From positions 35,154,001 to 35,218,000 of the forward strand of contig OX597834.1 of the NCBI GenBank assembly GCA_951406725.2: a stretch of 64,000 bases of DNA, written 5' to 3'. Made by a program: the position numbers and the translations under genes. The notes under the pieces were generated by a model. The model was not told the origin of the DNA. It worked only from the letters and a program-made list of their open reading frames with translations, and did not search any database. Positions 23,136 to 36,600 of the stretch are shown piece after piece; position 1 is the first letter of the stretch; each line of letters begins with the position of its first letter. This DNA comes from Octopus vulgaris (Eukaryota).

Positions 23136-25790
23136 CGTCCTGCCTAGTGGTTAGGGTACTTGGCTCATGATTATAAGGTCGTCAGTTCAATTCCTGGTGG
23201 AGCATTGTATCCTTGAGCAAGACACTTTGTTTCACGCTCCTCCGGTTCACTCAGCCGTAGAAATGAGTAGTGATGTCACTGGTACCAAGCTGTATCGGCT
23301 CCTTTAACTTTCCCTTGGATAATATTGGTGGCGCGGAGAGAGGAGGCTGGTATGCATGGATGACTGCTGATCTTCCATAAAAAAACAACCTTGTTTGTTT
23401 TTGTTTGGTTTCCTTATATGTCTCTACTGTTCTGTTTTTGTTCCCAACTTTGACCCTCCATAAAATCCAAAATTTTATTTTGGAAGTTATAGGAGCAACT
23501 GTCTTTGAAGACTCATATTGTCATTGGATGCTGGAAATGAGGACCAGATAGACAGCCTACAACTGATGAAGGGTCGTTCTTTGTGCTACTTGTCCTGTTT
23601 TCCATTTTTTCTCTCATTGTGTGCATATTTAACTCGTTTGTTTTCATACTTCATGTTGTTTACAGCTGGTGATGTCCTGTACCCATATATGCATATATAT
23701 ATATATATATATACATACATATATATATGTATATATAAAGGCACATGGCTAGTGGTTAGAATATCAGGCTCACAATAATGAGGTAGAGAGTTTGTTTCCT
23801 GGACCAGGCTGTGTGTTGTGTCCTTGAGCAAGACACTTTATTTTCATGTTGCTCCAGTTCACTCAACTGTAGAAATTCACTGCAGCATCACTGGTGGCAA
23901 GCTGTATCGGTCCCTTTGCCTTTCCCTTAGATAACATTGGTGGCATGGAGAGGGGAGACTGGCATGCATGGGCAACTGCTGGTCTTCCATAAACAACTTT
24001 GTACCTCAGAGGGGAACTTTCTAAGTGCAATCCCTTGGTCATTCCTGACTGAAGGGGTCTTTTCCCTTTTAATTACTTGGCAACCTCACTAATGCTGGTG
24101 GCATGAAAAATGCACCAGGTACTCTTTGTAAATTGGTTGGTGTGAGAAAGGGTGTCCAGTTGTAGAAACCATGCCAAAGTTGACATTAAAGCACAGCACA
24201 ATCCCTGTGACTCCCCAGATCCTGTTGGAATGTCCAACTCTTTTCAGCATGGAAAAGGGACGTTGATGATGATGATGATGACAACGAACAGATCGTGTAT
24301 TGTTTTAGATTGAGAATTTTGGAAGTTCTAACCTCTTAACTGACTTGAAGTACCAGAGAGACTGTGGAGCAGATGTTGTTGATGTTTAGTTGTGGTTTAA
24401 GAAGACCAGTAACCAGAGTCATTCCAACCATGATCATCCTGTCTTGGTGAGCAGGAGTAGTAGATGATGGTAAATTTTGAGTAAGATATTTGGTTGCTTT
24501 TTCTAACATGCTGAGCAGCTGCATAGAGGACCCCCTCTGAGTAATAGATATTCAGCTTGTTAGAAATAGCAACCAAATTTATCTCAAGTCCTACCTGGCT
24601 GTTTTAAACAAGGAAAGGACATGTTAGATAATGTAGTCCCATGTACTGCATTTTATCATGGCACCCACATTGGTGAGGTTATCAAGTCCTTGATTGGACA
24701 AAGAAGCCTTTTGAACCAATGTCACTGCTTGCTCACCAACCACTTTACAGAATGTTCTAGATGAATTTATAATCATTCTAATCATATCCCGGTGTCCTAG
24801 CTCTTTCTCTCTCTCTCTCTCTCTTACCATCTATTGATCTATTTATCTATCTTACTATCTACCTACCTAGCTCTTTTTATCTGTCTGTCTGTCTATCTAT
24901 CTAGCTACCTCTCTCCCTTCCTCCCTCAGATTGATATTAGTAGACAAATGAAAGATCTTTTAAAACGAAATTTTTGACGATATTTTATGTTCAAAGTAAA
25001 TTGTATAAGCTTTTATAATGTGTGTGTACACACATATGAGTGTGTGTGTGTGTTTGTGTGTGTGTGTGTTTATGCATAATGTAGAAGCTGTTCTAAGAAG
25101 TTGCTCATTCCAAAGACAGCCCCAAAATAAGTCTAAGAAGAAAGGCTCTCTTTTAGCAGCAGAGAAGATGAGAACTCAACAAGACACATCCAAAGCAACA
25201 CTCGAAGGAGAGAAGCAGTAACTGACTATAAACCGACCTAGGGTAGGGCAAAGAGGATATTTTATTTCTACCAGAGACAACCCCTTTGGTGTGTTAGTAA
25301 CATGGTAAAAGAACTGTATTCAGTCCATGCGTCATGAAAGGAAGGGCATTAACCATAGTAAAAAAAAAAAGATAAAGAGACTCACATACAATTCAGATTC
25401 TTGGTTTTTATCTGTGATGTGTTTCAGATAATGCAGGATTGCGACAAAACGATGGAAAAATGCCAGCAGAGAAACTGGACATAGAATTGGACAGATATAT
25501 GTATATATATATATATAAGAGTGGCTGTGTGGTAAGTAGCTTGCTTACCAACCACATGGTTCCGGGTTCAGTCCCATTGCATGGCACCTTGGGCAAGTGT
25601 CTTCTACTATAGCCTCGGGGCCGACCAAAGCCTTGTGAGTGGATTTGGTAGATGGAAACTGAAAGAAGCCCATCTTGTGATAGTGGTGGGGGAACAAGAC
25701 AGACACACAAATATATACATATATATATATATGTATGTATTTGTGTGTCTGTCTTGATATACATATATATATACATATGTATGCATATAC

Positions 25791-25891
<101 letters not shown>

Positions 25892-27511
25892 AACATATAT
25901 CTAGGGAGAGAGAAAAAAGAAAGAAAAATATAAATGATTTCTACATATATGGATGGATGGATAGATAGAGATAGATTGACAGACAGACAGACATCAGATA
26001 GACCGACAGGTAACTACATACATAGACAAAAGAAAAACATACAAGATATATACATGTTATATAATGTAGATTGATAGATGCTGAGATAAAAGAAAGTATA
26101 TTCAAGGTTACTTCACATCTATCAATCTATTACTCGATCTATCTACAAAACTAATATACACAGATAAATAGGTAGGATGGTAGGTAGGGAAGCTGCTAGA
26201 TAAGTAAAAGAAGAGAGGAAAAAAACATACAAGATTATTACTATATGTGTCCCAAGACATGCATTGATCTCGTTGCTAAAGTAACAAGGAATAAATAGAA
26301 CACAAATATCACCTATAATTTAAACTAAACATCAATAAGAGATATATGTGTTTAAAATGTTTGCTGTCTTTTTGTCTTTTAAATTACTCTCTTGCCCACC
26401 CAGTCTTTCACAGAAGAAATAACAGCTCTACGGCTCTTCCTTCTGAAGGACAGCCACAACAACAGCTAATAGACATAGGGCAGCTTTGATTTATACGGAG
26501 GGGAGGCGGGGTTGGTGGAAAGTAGTTAGTGGAAATCAATGATGCTTGATGTGAAGATAAGATGATCAAGACAATCTTTCGTAGTTGAGTGAATTTAAGA
26601 TGTGTCTCTTTGTTGCTATTGTTGTTGTTGTCATTGCTGTTGATTATCCCAGGTCATTCATTACTGAGTGATCAGATCTATGGTCTTTGTAGCTTTACAG
26701 CTGTGACTGTCACATCTTTTATTGCTTTTTATTAGGTTTGCATAAACACTAAACACGACTATGTGGTTAACAAGTTTACTTCACAGCCGAAAGGTTTTGG
26801 GTTCTTCCCGCTGCTTGACACTTTGAGCAAGTGCCTTCTGCTCTTGCCCCAGCCTGACTGATTCATCGTGAGGAAATCTGGTGGATGAAAACTAATGAAG
26901 CTGATCATTACTGAGGAAATAACAGGGGACCGAGACTCCTGGGGTTTCGCTGTGCTTGAAAAGACACATCATGCAAAGCAGAAGCATGGCTCCCCTTGTA
27001 TACATATTTCTTTATTACTCACAAGGGGCTAAGCATAGAAGGGACAAACAAAGACAGACATAGGTATTAAGTCGATTACATCGTAACTGGTACTAAATTT
27101 ACCGATCCCCGAAAGGATGAAAGGCAAAGTCGACCTTGGCGGAATTTGAACTCAACGTAACGACAGACGAAATATGGCTACGCATTTCGCCAGGCGTGCT
27201 AATGTTTCTGCCAGCTCACCGCCTTGCATACAGTCTTGTCCCCTCTTTGCATCACCATCTGAGCATTCCTAATCTTGTAGGCTCGTAAGTGCTGGGGGCC
27301 ACATAAAAAGCAGATGTACTCGTGCCACATAAATGTACCGGTGCTGATGCTGAGTAAAACCACTCAGTCCATTCTGTAAAGTGTTTGGCATTAGGAAGGG
27401 CATCCAGCTATAGGAACCATCTTGAAACAGATATGGATCCTAGGCAGCCCCTGCCAAACTGTCCAACCCATGCCAGAATGGAGAGCAGATGCTAAATGAT
27501 GATGATGATTA

Positions 27512-27584
<73 letters not shown>

Positions 27585-27593
<9 letters not shown>

Positions 27594-27770
27594 AAGTTAA
27601 TCCAAACATGAAAGCACAAAAAAACACAACAACGCGAGGACGTGGAACAAATATAGTATTATTGGACGCTCAGGAAAGAAGGAAAGAAGGAGGGTTTAAC
27701 GTTTCGAGCGGAGCTCTTCGTCGGAAACATAGAAGGAAAGATCCAGAGAAGGGAAGACAGAGGAAAAAAG
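27585..27770 (-). mobile_element. Penelope-like element terminal-repeat fragment with a minimal hammerhead-like motif
   Basis: Minus strand reads GTTT-CCGACGA-A-GAGC-TCC-GCTC-GAAACGTTA-AAC and is inserted next to a (TA)n tract, as is typical of Penelope pseudo-LTRs. Confidence 0.55.
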
Positions 27771-28449
27771 TGTGTGTGTGTGAGGAGACCTCCTTCAGTC
27801 ATGAATGACCATGGGACTGTCAAACTGTCCAATTCATGCCAACATGGAAGGCAGACATTAAATGATAATGTCAATGATGATGATGACATGTATGCATGGA
27901 ATAGTTGATGTGAAAGACAATGAGGATTTTTAGCACTTCCCTTTTACCATTGCACCATTTTTATTGGCAAAGAAGAGCTGCTAGACTTCATCCAATCAGT
28001 TGTCAGGTGATGTGGTCTTTGGCAAAAGAATTGCGCTGATGACTCATGTGAATGATTTGAAGTCAGATATTTTCTTCACTGGCCAAGTTCTCAATCTTCT
28101 TTGGGTACCACTTGAAGATGAAGACAGAGAGGAGGATGGTGCCTTTTATTAGAACACATCATCATTACCATTTAAAGTCCATTTTTCATGCAGGAATGGG
28201 CAAGATGGTTTCACAGGAACTGGCCAATTGGAAGACTGCACTAAACTCTGCTGTCTGACTTGGCAGGGTTTCTATGGCTGGATGCTGGGGGCAATGCTTT
28301 GATGAATTTTAGTTGAACTAATTGACCTCAGTACTTATTTATTTTTTAAGCCTGCTACTTACTCTGTCAGTCTCTTTTTCCAAACTGCTAAGTTATAGGG
28401 ACATAAACACACCAACACTGATTGTCAAGTGGCAATGGGAGACACACAG

Positions 28450-28539
<90 letters not shown>

Positions 28540-30089
28540 ACACATAAACATACACAAACACACACACAACACACACACACACACACACATTTATATATAC
28601 GATGGGCTACTTTCAGTTTCTCTCTACAAAATCCATTCACAAGGCTTTGGTTGGCCTGATTCTATTGTAGAAGACACTTGCCCAAGTTAACATACAGTGG
28701 AAGTGCCTTGCTTAGTGGTTAGGGACATTGGACTCATAATGGTAAGATTGTGGCTTTGATTCTTGGACCAGACGATGCGTTGTGTTTTGAGCAAGACACT
28801 TCACTTCTCATTGCTCCACTCAGCTGACAAAAATGAGTAATTCTGTGATGGACCATTGTCCCATCCAGGTGGGGAATAAATACACCATGGAAACTGGGAA
28901 ACCGGCCCTTAGGAGTCGGTATGACTTAAGAAGCCAACTAATTTTACTTTTACCACAGAATGGGACTGAACCCAGAACCATATGGTTGGAAAGCAAACTT
29001 CTTACCACACAGCCACGGCTGTACCTATATATATCTTGTTTTCTAAGATATTCAGGATCTAACAACAAGAGAAGTTTAGTTGTGAAAGCGTTCTACTGTT
29101 GTCCACTTGGTGAAGCCGGGTAAAACAATAATAATAACAACAACAAAAATAATACAAAAAAAAAGTCAAACCTAGTGTTTCAGAAATGTGTGTTCTAAAA
29201 GTAGCAAATTATTGATTTGTCTGTCCGTGATTGATAATTCTCATAGTTAGTAAATACACTAATGAGATCTCTCGATGGAATCTCCTGTCTAGAGACTAAA
29301 GCGTGCCAAACAATCATAACACACACACACACTTAGAAGAAGTGCGTATGCATTTATATATAATACATATATGTGCGTGTATATATATATGTGTGTGTGT
29401 GTGTCTATGTATGAGAATATGTGTTTGTGTGTGTATATATATACACACATGTAGGAGTATGTGTTGTGCATTTGTGTATAATACATTTCAATGTGTAGAT
29501 ATGCGTGTATATATATATGTGTATATTTGTGTGTGTGTGTCTATACACTGCAAGTTTATGTATACATGCAGATTTGTGTGTGTGTATGTATATATATATA
29601 TATAACTGGATACATGCTAATACAAAGAAGCGAGAGAAAGAAATTGCTGCCCTCTGGGCGTTCTTGGGGTTCTTTTTTACTAGTGTATGACCTTTAACCA
29701 ATGACCTTCTGAAGGTCATTCATTAATCTCATTAATCCTAGTTGCATTTTCCTTGTCGCTTAATTTAAGGGTCAGGTTGGAAAAAGAAAAGCTATGGGCT
29801 TTGACCATCTGGCACCTTCTCATACAACCCCTCTTTACCCTCTCATCTCATCCATAAAAGAAGGGTCGCATTTACTGTGAGGTGCATCTATGTGATCATT
29901 TGTCCCGCTAGAAGTAGCAGCCAAACTTCCTTTAAATCACTCCCAAACGGTTTAAACAAGGAAAGGGAAATGCATCGGATAATGTAATTCTCAGGATACT
30001 TAAAAAGAAAAAGAAAAGTTTTGATGGTCACGTTTGGAATGCTTTTGGTCAATGGTCTGCTTAATCAAGCTTGTGGTTAAACAACAACA

Positions 30090-30124
<35 letters not shown>

Positions 30125-30479
30125 ACCTGATCAACTCTCGTTATATTCATAATGCTTATTGGCAAACATTGAGCAAACCTTTTATGGAGAAAATCATCTA
30201 AAATTTACTTCGTTTTACTAATTAATCTCTAAGCTTCCTTTATGACAAATCTGCTCCAGCTCCCCCCCCACCCCACCTCTGTCACCTTTTCCTTCTTTAT
30301 CTCCTTTCCTTTCTCCATCTCTCTCTTTTTCTCTCCCTTGTGTCTCTCCCACCTTCTCTCTTTCTTTGCTCCCTTCCCTCCTTCTCCCTCTCTCTCTAAC
30401 CCCCCTCGATAAAGCTGTTTGTTGATTAAATGGGTTCTCCATGTAACATTCAGAGCCATTCTTGTGTAGCAGCCATCTA

Positions 30480-30840
30480 TCTATTTTTCTGGCCTTTGGG
30501 CTCTTAAATAAGTCCCTATCTCTGTTACATCGAGGCACTAAACTAAACATGCCCCTATCTGTCTTGCATGCGGACTTTAAACCCCTTCCTATTTGGAATT
30601 CATCTGGACCTTTGACCATTTACATATGGGCCCTAAGATAAACATGTTCCTATCTGGCTTTCACCTGGATCCTCAACTAAACATGTCCCTATTTTGTCAA
30701 ACATGTGGACCCTAAAATAAACATGTACATGTCTGGTTTATATCTGGACTTAAACATGTCTTTATCTGGCTTACACCTAAACTTTAAACTAACCATGTCT
30801 CCCTCTGGCTTACATCTGGGTCCTAAACATGAGCCTCTAT
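30480..30840. repeat. Degenerate ~40-46-bp minisatellite, ~8 copies
   Basis: Recurring TAAACATGTCCCTATCTGGCTTACATCTGGA-like unit. Confidence 0.8.
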
Positions 30841-30885
30841 AACTTATGGTTTCAGTTGATATTCATGATTAACATTAATCTAGCA

Positions 30886-31086
30886 CAGTGGTTTTCAACC
30901 AGGGTTCCGCCAGTACAGTCCAGGGGTTCCACAAGAAGTTACAAAACTGCTAAAATCGGCAGGAATTTTTAATTCTCCTGTGCAGATATGTGTGTATAAG
31001 ACTATTAAATTATTGCACAGGGGTTCCTCGAGCCAGTGGAATGTTTCCTTGGGGTTCCGCTCCAGCAAAAAGTTTGAAAAGCACTG
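30886..31086. mobile_element. hAT (Charlie-like) MITE with perfect TSD
   Basis: TIRs CAGTGGTTTTCAA / TTGAAAAGCACTG; 8-bp TSD ATCTAGCA at 30878-30885 and 31087-31094. Confidence 0.9.
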
Positions 31087-32210
31087 ATCTAGCATGTAAC
31101 AGTGGAATTAAGGTTCCTGTCCATCAAACACGTGGTCACAAGTTCAAGCCTTGTTGTAGCTACTGTTTGCTGTGATTTTACCCTTAAACAACAGAAATTA
31201 TTTCACTAGCCTCAGGCTGCTTGTCTGACAGTGTGTTCGCAAGAACAAATATAACATGCATCCAGCTGTAAAAAGAAAGAAAAAAAGAAGAGACCCTTAT
31301 ACTGGCACAATATGTGTGGTAAGAAGTTTGCTTCCCAACCACATGGTTCCAGGTTCAGTCCCACTGCATGGCACATTGACCAAATTTTGTGAGTGGATTT
31401 GGCTGATGGAAACTGAAAGAAGTCCACTCTGTGTGTGTGTGTGTGTGTTTGGATGGGTGTCTCTTTGCCTTTGGCCCCACCACTGCTTCACAACCGGTGT
31501 TGGTGTGTTTATGGCCCTATAACTTAGCGATTCAGCATAAGAGACTGATAGAATAAATTCCAGCTTAAGAAAAAATGTAAACATTGGGGTTGATGAGTTC
31601 AAAATAAAAGATGCTGCACTAACAGTATGCAGATGTTTGTCAGAGGGATGCTGCACAAGGGCAAAAGAAAAAAAAATGGTGGTGGTGGTGGTGGTGATGG
31701 TGGTAAGGGTGGAGTGAGGTCCCCCACAATACACTTCTTCTTGAAGTGGTACTTGAAGAATTTGATGAGGAGTTGATATATATGCACACCAAAAGAAAAC
31801 AAAAAGAGCCCAATATAAAACCATCCTAACAAGGGTGGAATGAAAAGGAAAAAAGAAATTGTATCAAAAAGCAAAGAACATCAAAAGCAAACAAACGTAT
31901 TTGACCATAATTCTCCCATTTATGCTGATCGGACAAAAGAATCTTATGTTCGCATCCAAAAACACAGTCTGCCTATTCAAAGTTATCAATCCTCTTCATA
32001 CAAGACTCATTCTTTGACATGCTTCTTTGCTATTAAGTGATGGCGAAGGTGAATGATGATGATGATGATGATGACGATGATGATGATGATGATGATAATA
32101 ATCATTGTTTATAATATTTAAAATTTTTCCTCTTCCTCCTCCTCCTACTACTACTACTGCTGCTGCTGCTGCCGCTGCCACCACCACCACCACTATCACT
32201 ACAATTACTA

Positions 32211-32245
<35 letters not shown>

Positions 32246-32875
32246 TAATAATAATGATAATAATAATGATAATAAGGCTGTGTTATGTAAACTGTGGTCC
32301 AGAATATGCTAACTCTAGCAGTATGTTGAACAAAAATAAATAAATAAATAATAATGAAAATAATAATAATGGACATAAAGAAAAATATATAAAAGAAAAA
32401 GCTTACAGCACTAAAATTTTATAAAATTGCTCCTAACAACAGCAACAACAACAACAAAATAATTACCTATTGAGAATGTTTAACATGCCTATTGCTGTTT
32501 CCATGTGTGTGTGCATGCGTGTGTGTGTATGTGTGCGCATATATATATATATGTTTGTATGTATCTACACACACACACACACACACATACTGATACATTT
32601 AAATATATAGATACCTATACATACAAGTATAAATATATACATATACATACACACATATATATACATATACATGCATGTATATACATATACACACACATAT
32701 ATATATATACATATACATGCATGTGTATACACACACAAATATATACATATATATAGACACACACACAAACATATATACACATATATATATGCAGAGAATG
32801 TGTTTAAAAATCCTTGTCTGTAGATTTTTTTCCTTGTATGCAGTCCTTTGTTCTTGAAACAAAGCAGATATTTGC

Positions 32876-32911
<36 letters not shown>

Positions 32912-33623
32912 TACAACAACAACAACAGCAACAACAACAATCTGTTTTGAAAGAGACTTGCACTTTGTTTTCCTTGGTTCTTTGGAAACAAAACCAACTT
33001 TATATTCGAGTCATGAATTGCGCCAGTTATGCAGTGCAATCGGAGGCAGACACAACAGGTGCACAGAATTCACAGCAATTATCCAATGCAAACACTGGAA
33101 AGCGAGAAGCTGTGGCATTCATCAAAAGGGTTTTTCTCTTTTTTTTTTAAGAAGAAATGTTTCCCAGTGGTGGTGGTGGTGGGGGGACAAAAAAACAACA
33201 ACATAATTGTGTTTTGTTATTGTTGTGGCGGTGGTGGTGGTGGTTGTGCTAGTGTTGCTTTTTGCTGTTGGTGGTGGTGGTCAGTGAAGGAAACCTAATA
33301 CCAAACCAAAATCTGATTACTTCAGACAATGGACTTGAAAAGAAAACAGAAAACTGTGTTTGTAGTGTGTCTAAACAGATTATTAATTATTATTATTACT
33401 TCGGATTTGTTAATTGTTTATCTCAATTTTTTGTTTAATTGTGTGGTTGTTGTTGTTATTATTATTATTATTATTATTATTGTTATCTTTTCTTCTTCTT
33501 TCAAATTTGCTTCCATTTCTTGCCGAGTGTCTTCCCGACTCCTAGGGCAAAGAAACTCATAGTATACATTGGTAGGCCATTAAACTAAACTCACTAGTTT
33601 GTTCATTTTTTTTTTTATTATTT

Positions 33624-33663
<40 letters not shown>

Positions 33664-34217
33664 CATTATTATTATTATTATCATCATCATCATCATCATT
33701 ATCATTAGGTGGCAAGCTGGCAGTAAAATGCTTAGTGATATTTTATCCATCCTTACATTCTGAGTTCAAATTCTGCCAAGGTCAACTTTGCCTTTCAACC
33801 TGTCGAGGTCAATAAATCAAGTACCAGTGAAATATTGGGGTCGGTGTAATCGACTAGTCCCCTCTCCACAAATTTCAGGCCTTGTGCCTTTAATAGAAAG
33901 GATTATTATTATTATTTTTACTATTGTTGTTGTTGTTATTATCATTAGACAATGAGGTGGCAGAGTAGTTAGCACACCAGGCACAATGCCTAGTGGTATT
34001 TTGTCCGTCTTTACATTCTGGGTTCAAATGCTAACAGAGTCGACTTTGCCTTTCATCTTTTCAGGGAGAATGAAATAAGTACCAGTTGATCTGTGGGGTC
34101 CATAGGTACAAAAAAAAAAAAAAAAGGATAGGGAACCACTGACTTAAATGGAGTTACTGGGCTGACAATAACTTCTTGCTCCTAACCCTAATCTTCTTCA
34201 GCTTAGGGTTCTGAAAA

Positions 34218-34321
34218 AGAGTCACTGGTGAGAGTCACTAGTGAGAGTCACTGATGAGAGTCACTAGTGAGAGTCACTAGTGAGAGTCACTGATGAGTGT
34301 CACTGGTGAGTGTCACTAATG
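34218..34321. repeat. 13-bp minisatellite, 8 copies
   Basis: AG(A/T)GTCACT(RRT)G unit, e.g. AGAGTCACTAGTG, repeated 8 times. Confidence 0.95.
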
Positions 34322-34495
34322 ATGTTCTTCCTTCAATTTAATATTGGATCAGTCATGGCTTTAGGGTTAAGAAGCTTGCTCCTCATCTACATGGTTCCTG
34401 GTTCAATCCCACTGCTTTGCACTTACTTTGGGCAAGTGTCTTATACTGTAACCCCGAGTTGATCAAAGCCTTGTGAGTGGATTTAGCTGACAGAA

Positions 34496-34511
34496 ACTGA
34501 AACAATTCTGT

Positions 34512-34564
<53 letters not shown>

Positions 34565-34660
34565 TGTGGTGTGTGTGGTGTGTGTGGAGGAAACCTGACT
34601 CAACAAATCCCTTCCAACCAGCTGAATTAGGACAAATTTAACTGAAACAATTCTGTCACG

Positions 34661-34703
<43 letters not shown>

Positions 34704-34756
34704 AGGAAACCTGACTCAACAAATTCTCTCCAACCAGCTTAATTAGGACAAATTTA
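34496..34756. repeat. Local tandem duplication containing a (GT)n tract
   Basis: ACTGAAACAATTCTGTCACG-(GT)n-GGAGGAAACCTGACTCAACAAA...AATTAGGACAAATTTA is present twice. Confidence 0.9.
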
Positions 34757-35371
34757 TCCTACCGAGGCAGTGTAAGTTCACAGGAATGCAATAACAAAAG
34801 GGTTACAGCAGGAAGTTTGCATCATAGAATCAAGGATGGTTTCTGGCAGGTTGGCATACAAAAAAAATAAATAATAATAAGGGGGTTGAAGGGGGATTTA
34901 AGCTGCACCATTTCTCCCAAGGTTAAACTGACCTATAACAGAGAGGTTCTCGTTGTTTGCTCGTAACGAGAGGAGATGATGTCATGAAGTGGAAGGCAGG
35001 TAAATGGTTGGTTGTCTAAATTAAAAAACACTGAAACATGCTTTATTATTATTGCAACAAGTGGACAGACAACTGCAGTAATCAATTTTAGAAACAGAAT
35101 TGATGTTGTTGAAACATCAGAAGAATGTTTTACAATAATTGGAAAATAACTCGTTACTGGTGAACTGTTATATTAGACTATCAGACTTCTTGCTTCAAAC
35201 AACAACAACAACAACAACAACACTCGAATTTACAACACAATGCTTCTTCTCGTCTTTGTTTTTTTTTTTTGCTTTTTTTTTAAAATTATGTTTTTATTGT
35301 TAGATTTTTTATTGAAAATGTCATTGTTGTTGTTGTTGTTGCTGTTGCTGCTGCTGCTTTGTTTGTTTGTT

Positions 35372-35716
35372 TGTTGAGCGCCTGGGAGAAGTCCGAAGCA
35401 TGGTCCTTTGCTATTCGTAAGACCCGCAGAAGAGAAAGCAGGTCAACCCCCGACACCGAGAGCATCGACGGATGGATGAATGCACATCCAGGCTCAGCAG
35501 TTGCGTAGGAAGTCGGGGACAAGAAACAAGAAGAAAGAGTGAGAGAAAGTTGGGGCGAAAGAGTACAACAGGGGTCGCCCCCCGCCCCTGCCAGAGCCTC
35601 GTGGAGCGTTAGGTGTTTTCGCTCAATAAACACACACAACGCCTGGTCTGGGAATCGAAACCGCGATCTTCCGACCGCGAATCCGCTGCCCTAGCCACTG
35701 GGCCATTGCACCTCCA
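35372..35716 (-). mobile_element. tRNA-derived SINE family D, full length
   Basis: Head GGAGGTGCAATGGCCCAGTGGCTAGGGC...GGTTTCGATTCCC followed by a unique body and an (AAAC)n tail. Partial second copy at 39772-39927. Confidence 0.8.
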
Positions 35717-36535
35717 CTGCTGCTGCTGTTGTTGTTGTTGGTGTTGTTGTTGTTGTTAAGGCTGTGAGCTGACAGAACCCTTAGAAACCTGGGCAAAATG
35801 ATCGACAGCATTTTCACGTCTTGGACATTTTGAGTTCAAATTCTTCCAAGTTTGACTTTGCCCTTCATCCTATCAGGACAGACAAAATTAGGTATCGGTG
35901 AAACACTGGAGTTGGGTCAATGCAATCAACTACCAATTTTCAGGCTTTGAGTCTTTGGTAGAAAGGATTATCCTCCTCCTCCTCCTCCTCCTCCTCATCA
36001 TCATCATCATCATCATCACCACCACCACCACCACCCACCACCACCATCACCATCATCATCATCATTATTACTATTATTATTATAAGGTGGTGAGCTGGCA
36101 AAATTGTTAGCACACAAGACAAAATGCTTACTGGTATTTCACCCGTCACTACGTTCTGAGTTCAAATTCTGTCAAGGACAAATTTGCCTTTCATCCTTTC
36201 GGGGTTGCTAAAATAAGTACCAGTTGAACACTGGGGTCAATGTAATCAACTCATCCCCACCTCCCCGCAAATTGCTGCCCTTGTGGCAAAACTTGAAACC
36301 ATTACTTGTGCAAATAGTAGAAATTATTATGATTATTATTATTATGGAGGCAAGCTGGCAGAACCATTAGCAGCATTTCATCTGTCTCTATGTCCTGGGT
36401 TCAAATGCCACCAGGGTCAAATTTGCTTTTCATCCTTTTAGGTTTGATGAAATAAGGACCAATTGATCAATGGGGTTGATATGTAATCGACTTCTAAAGT
36501 TGCTGACCTTGAGCCAAACTTTGAAACCATTATTT

Positions 36536-36566
<31 letters not shown>

Positions 36567-36569
36567 TAC

Positions 36570-36600
<31 letters not shown>

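Noticed and set aside
34218-34321. CRISPR-like array
   Set aside because: Contiguous units with no unique spacers, no cas genes, and a eukaryotic context.
35640-35716. tRNA gene-like sequences (also ~52896, 63220, 39850)
   Set aside because: They are SINE heads: they continue into shared SINE bodies and lack a proper acceptor stem and terminator.
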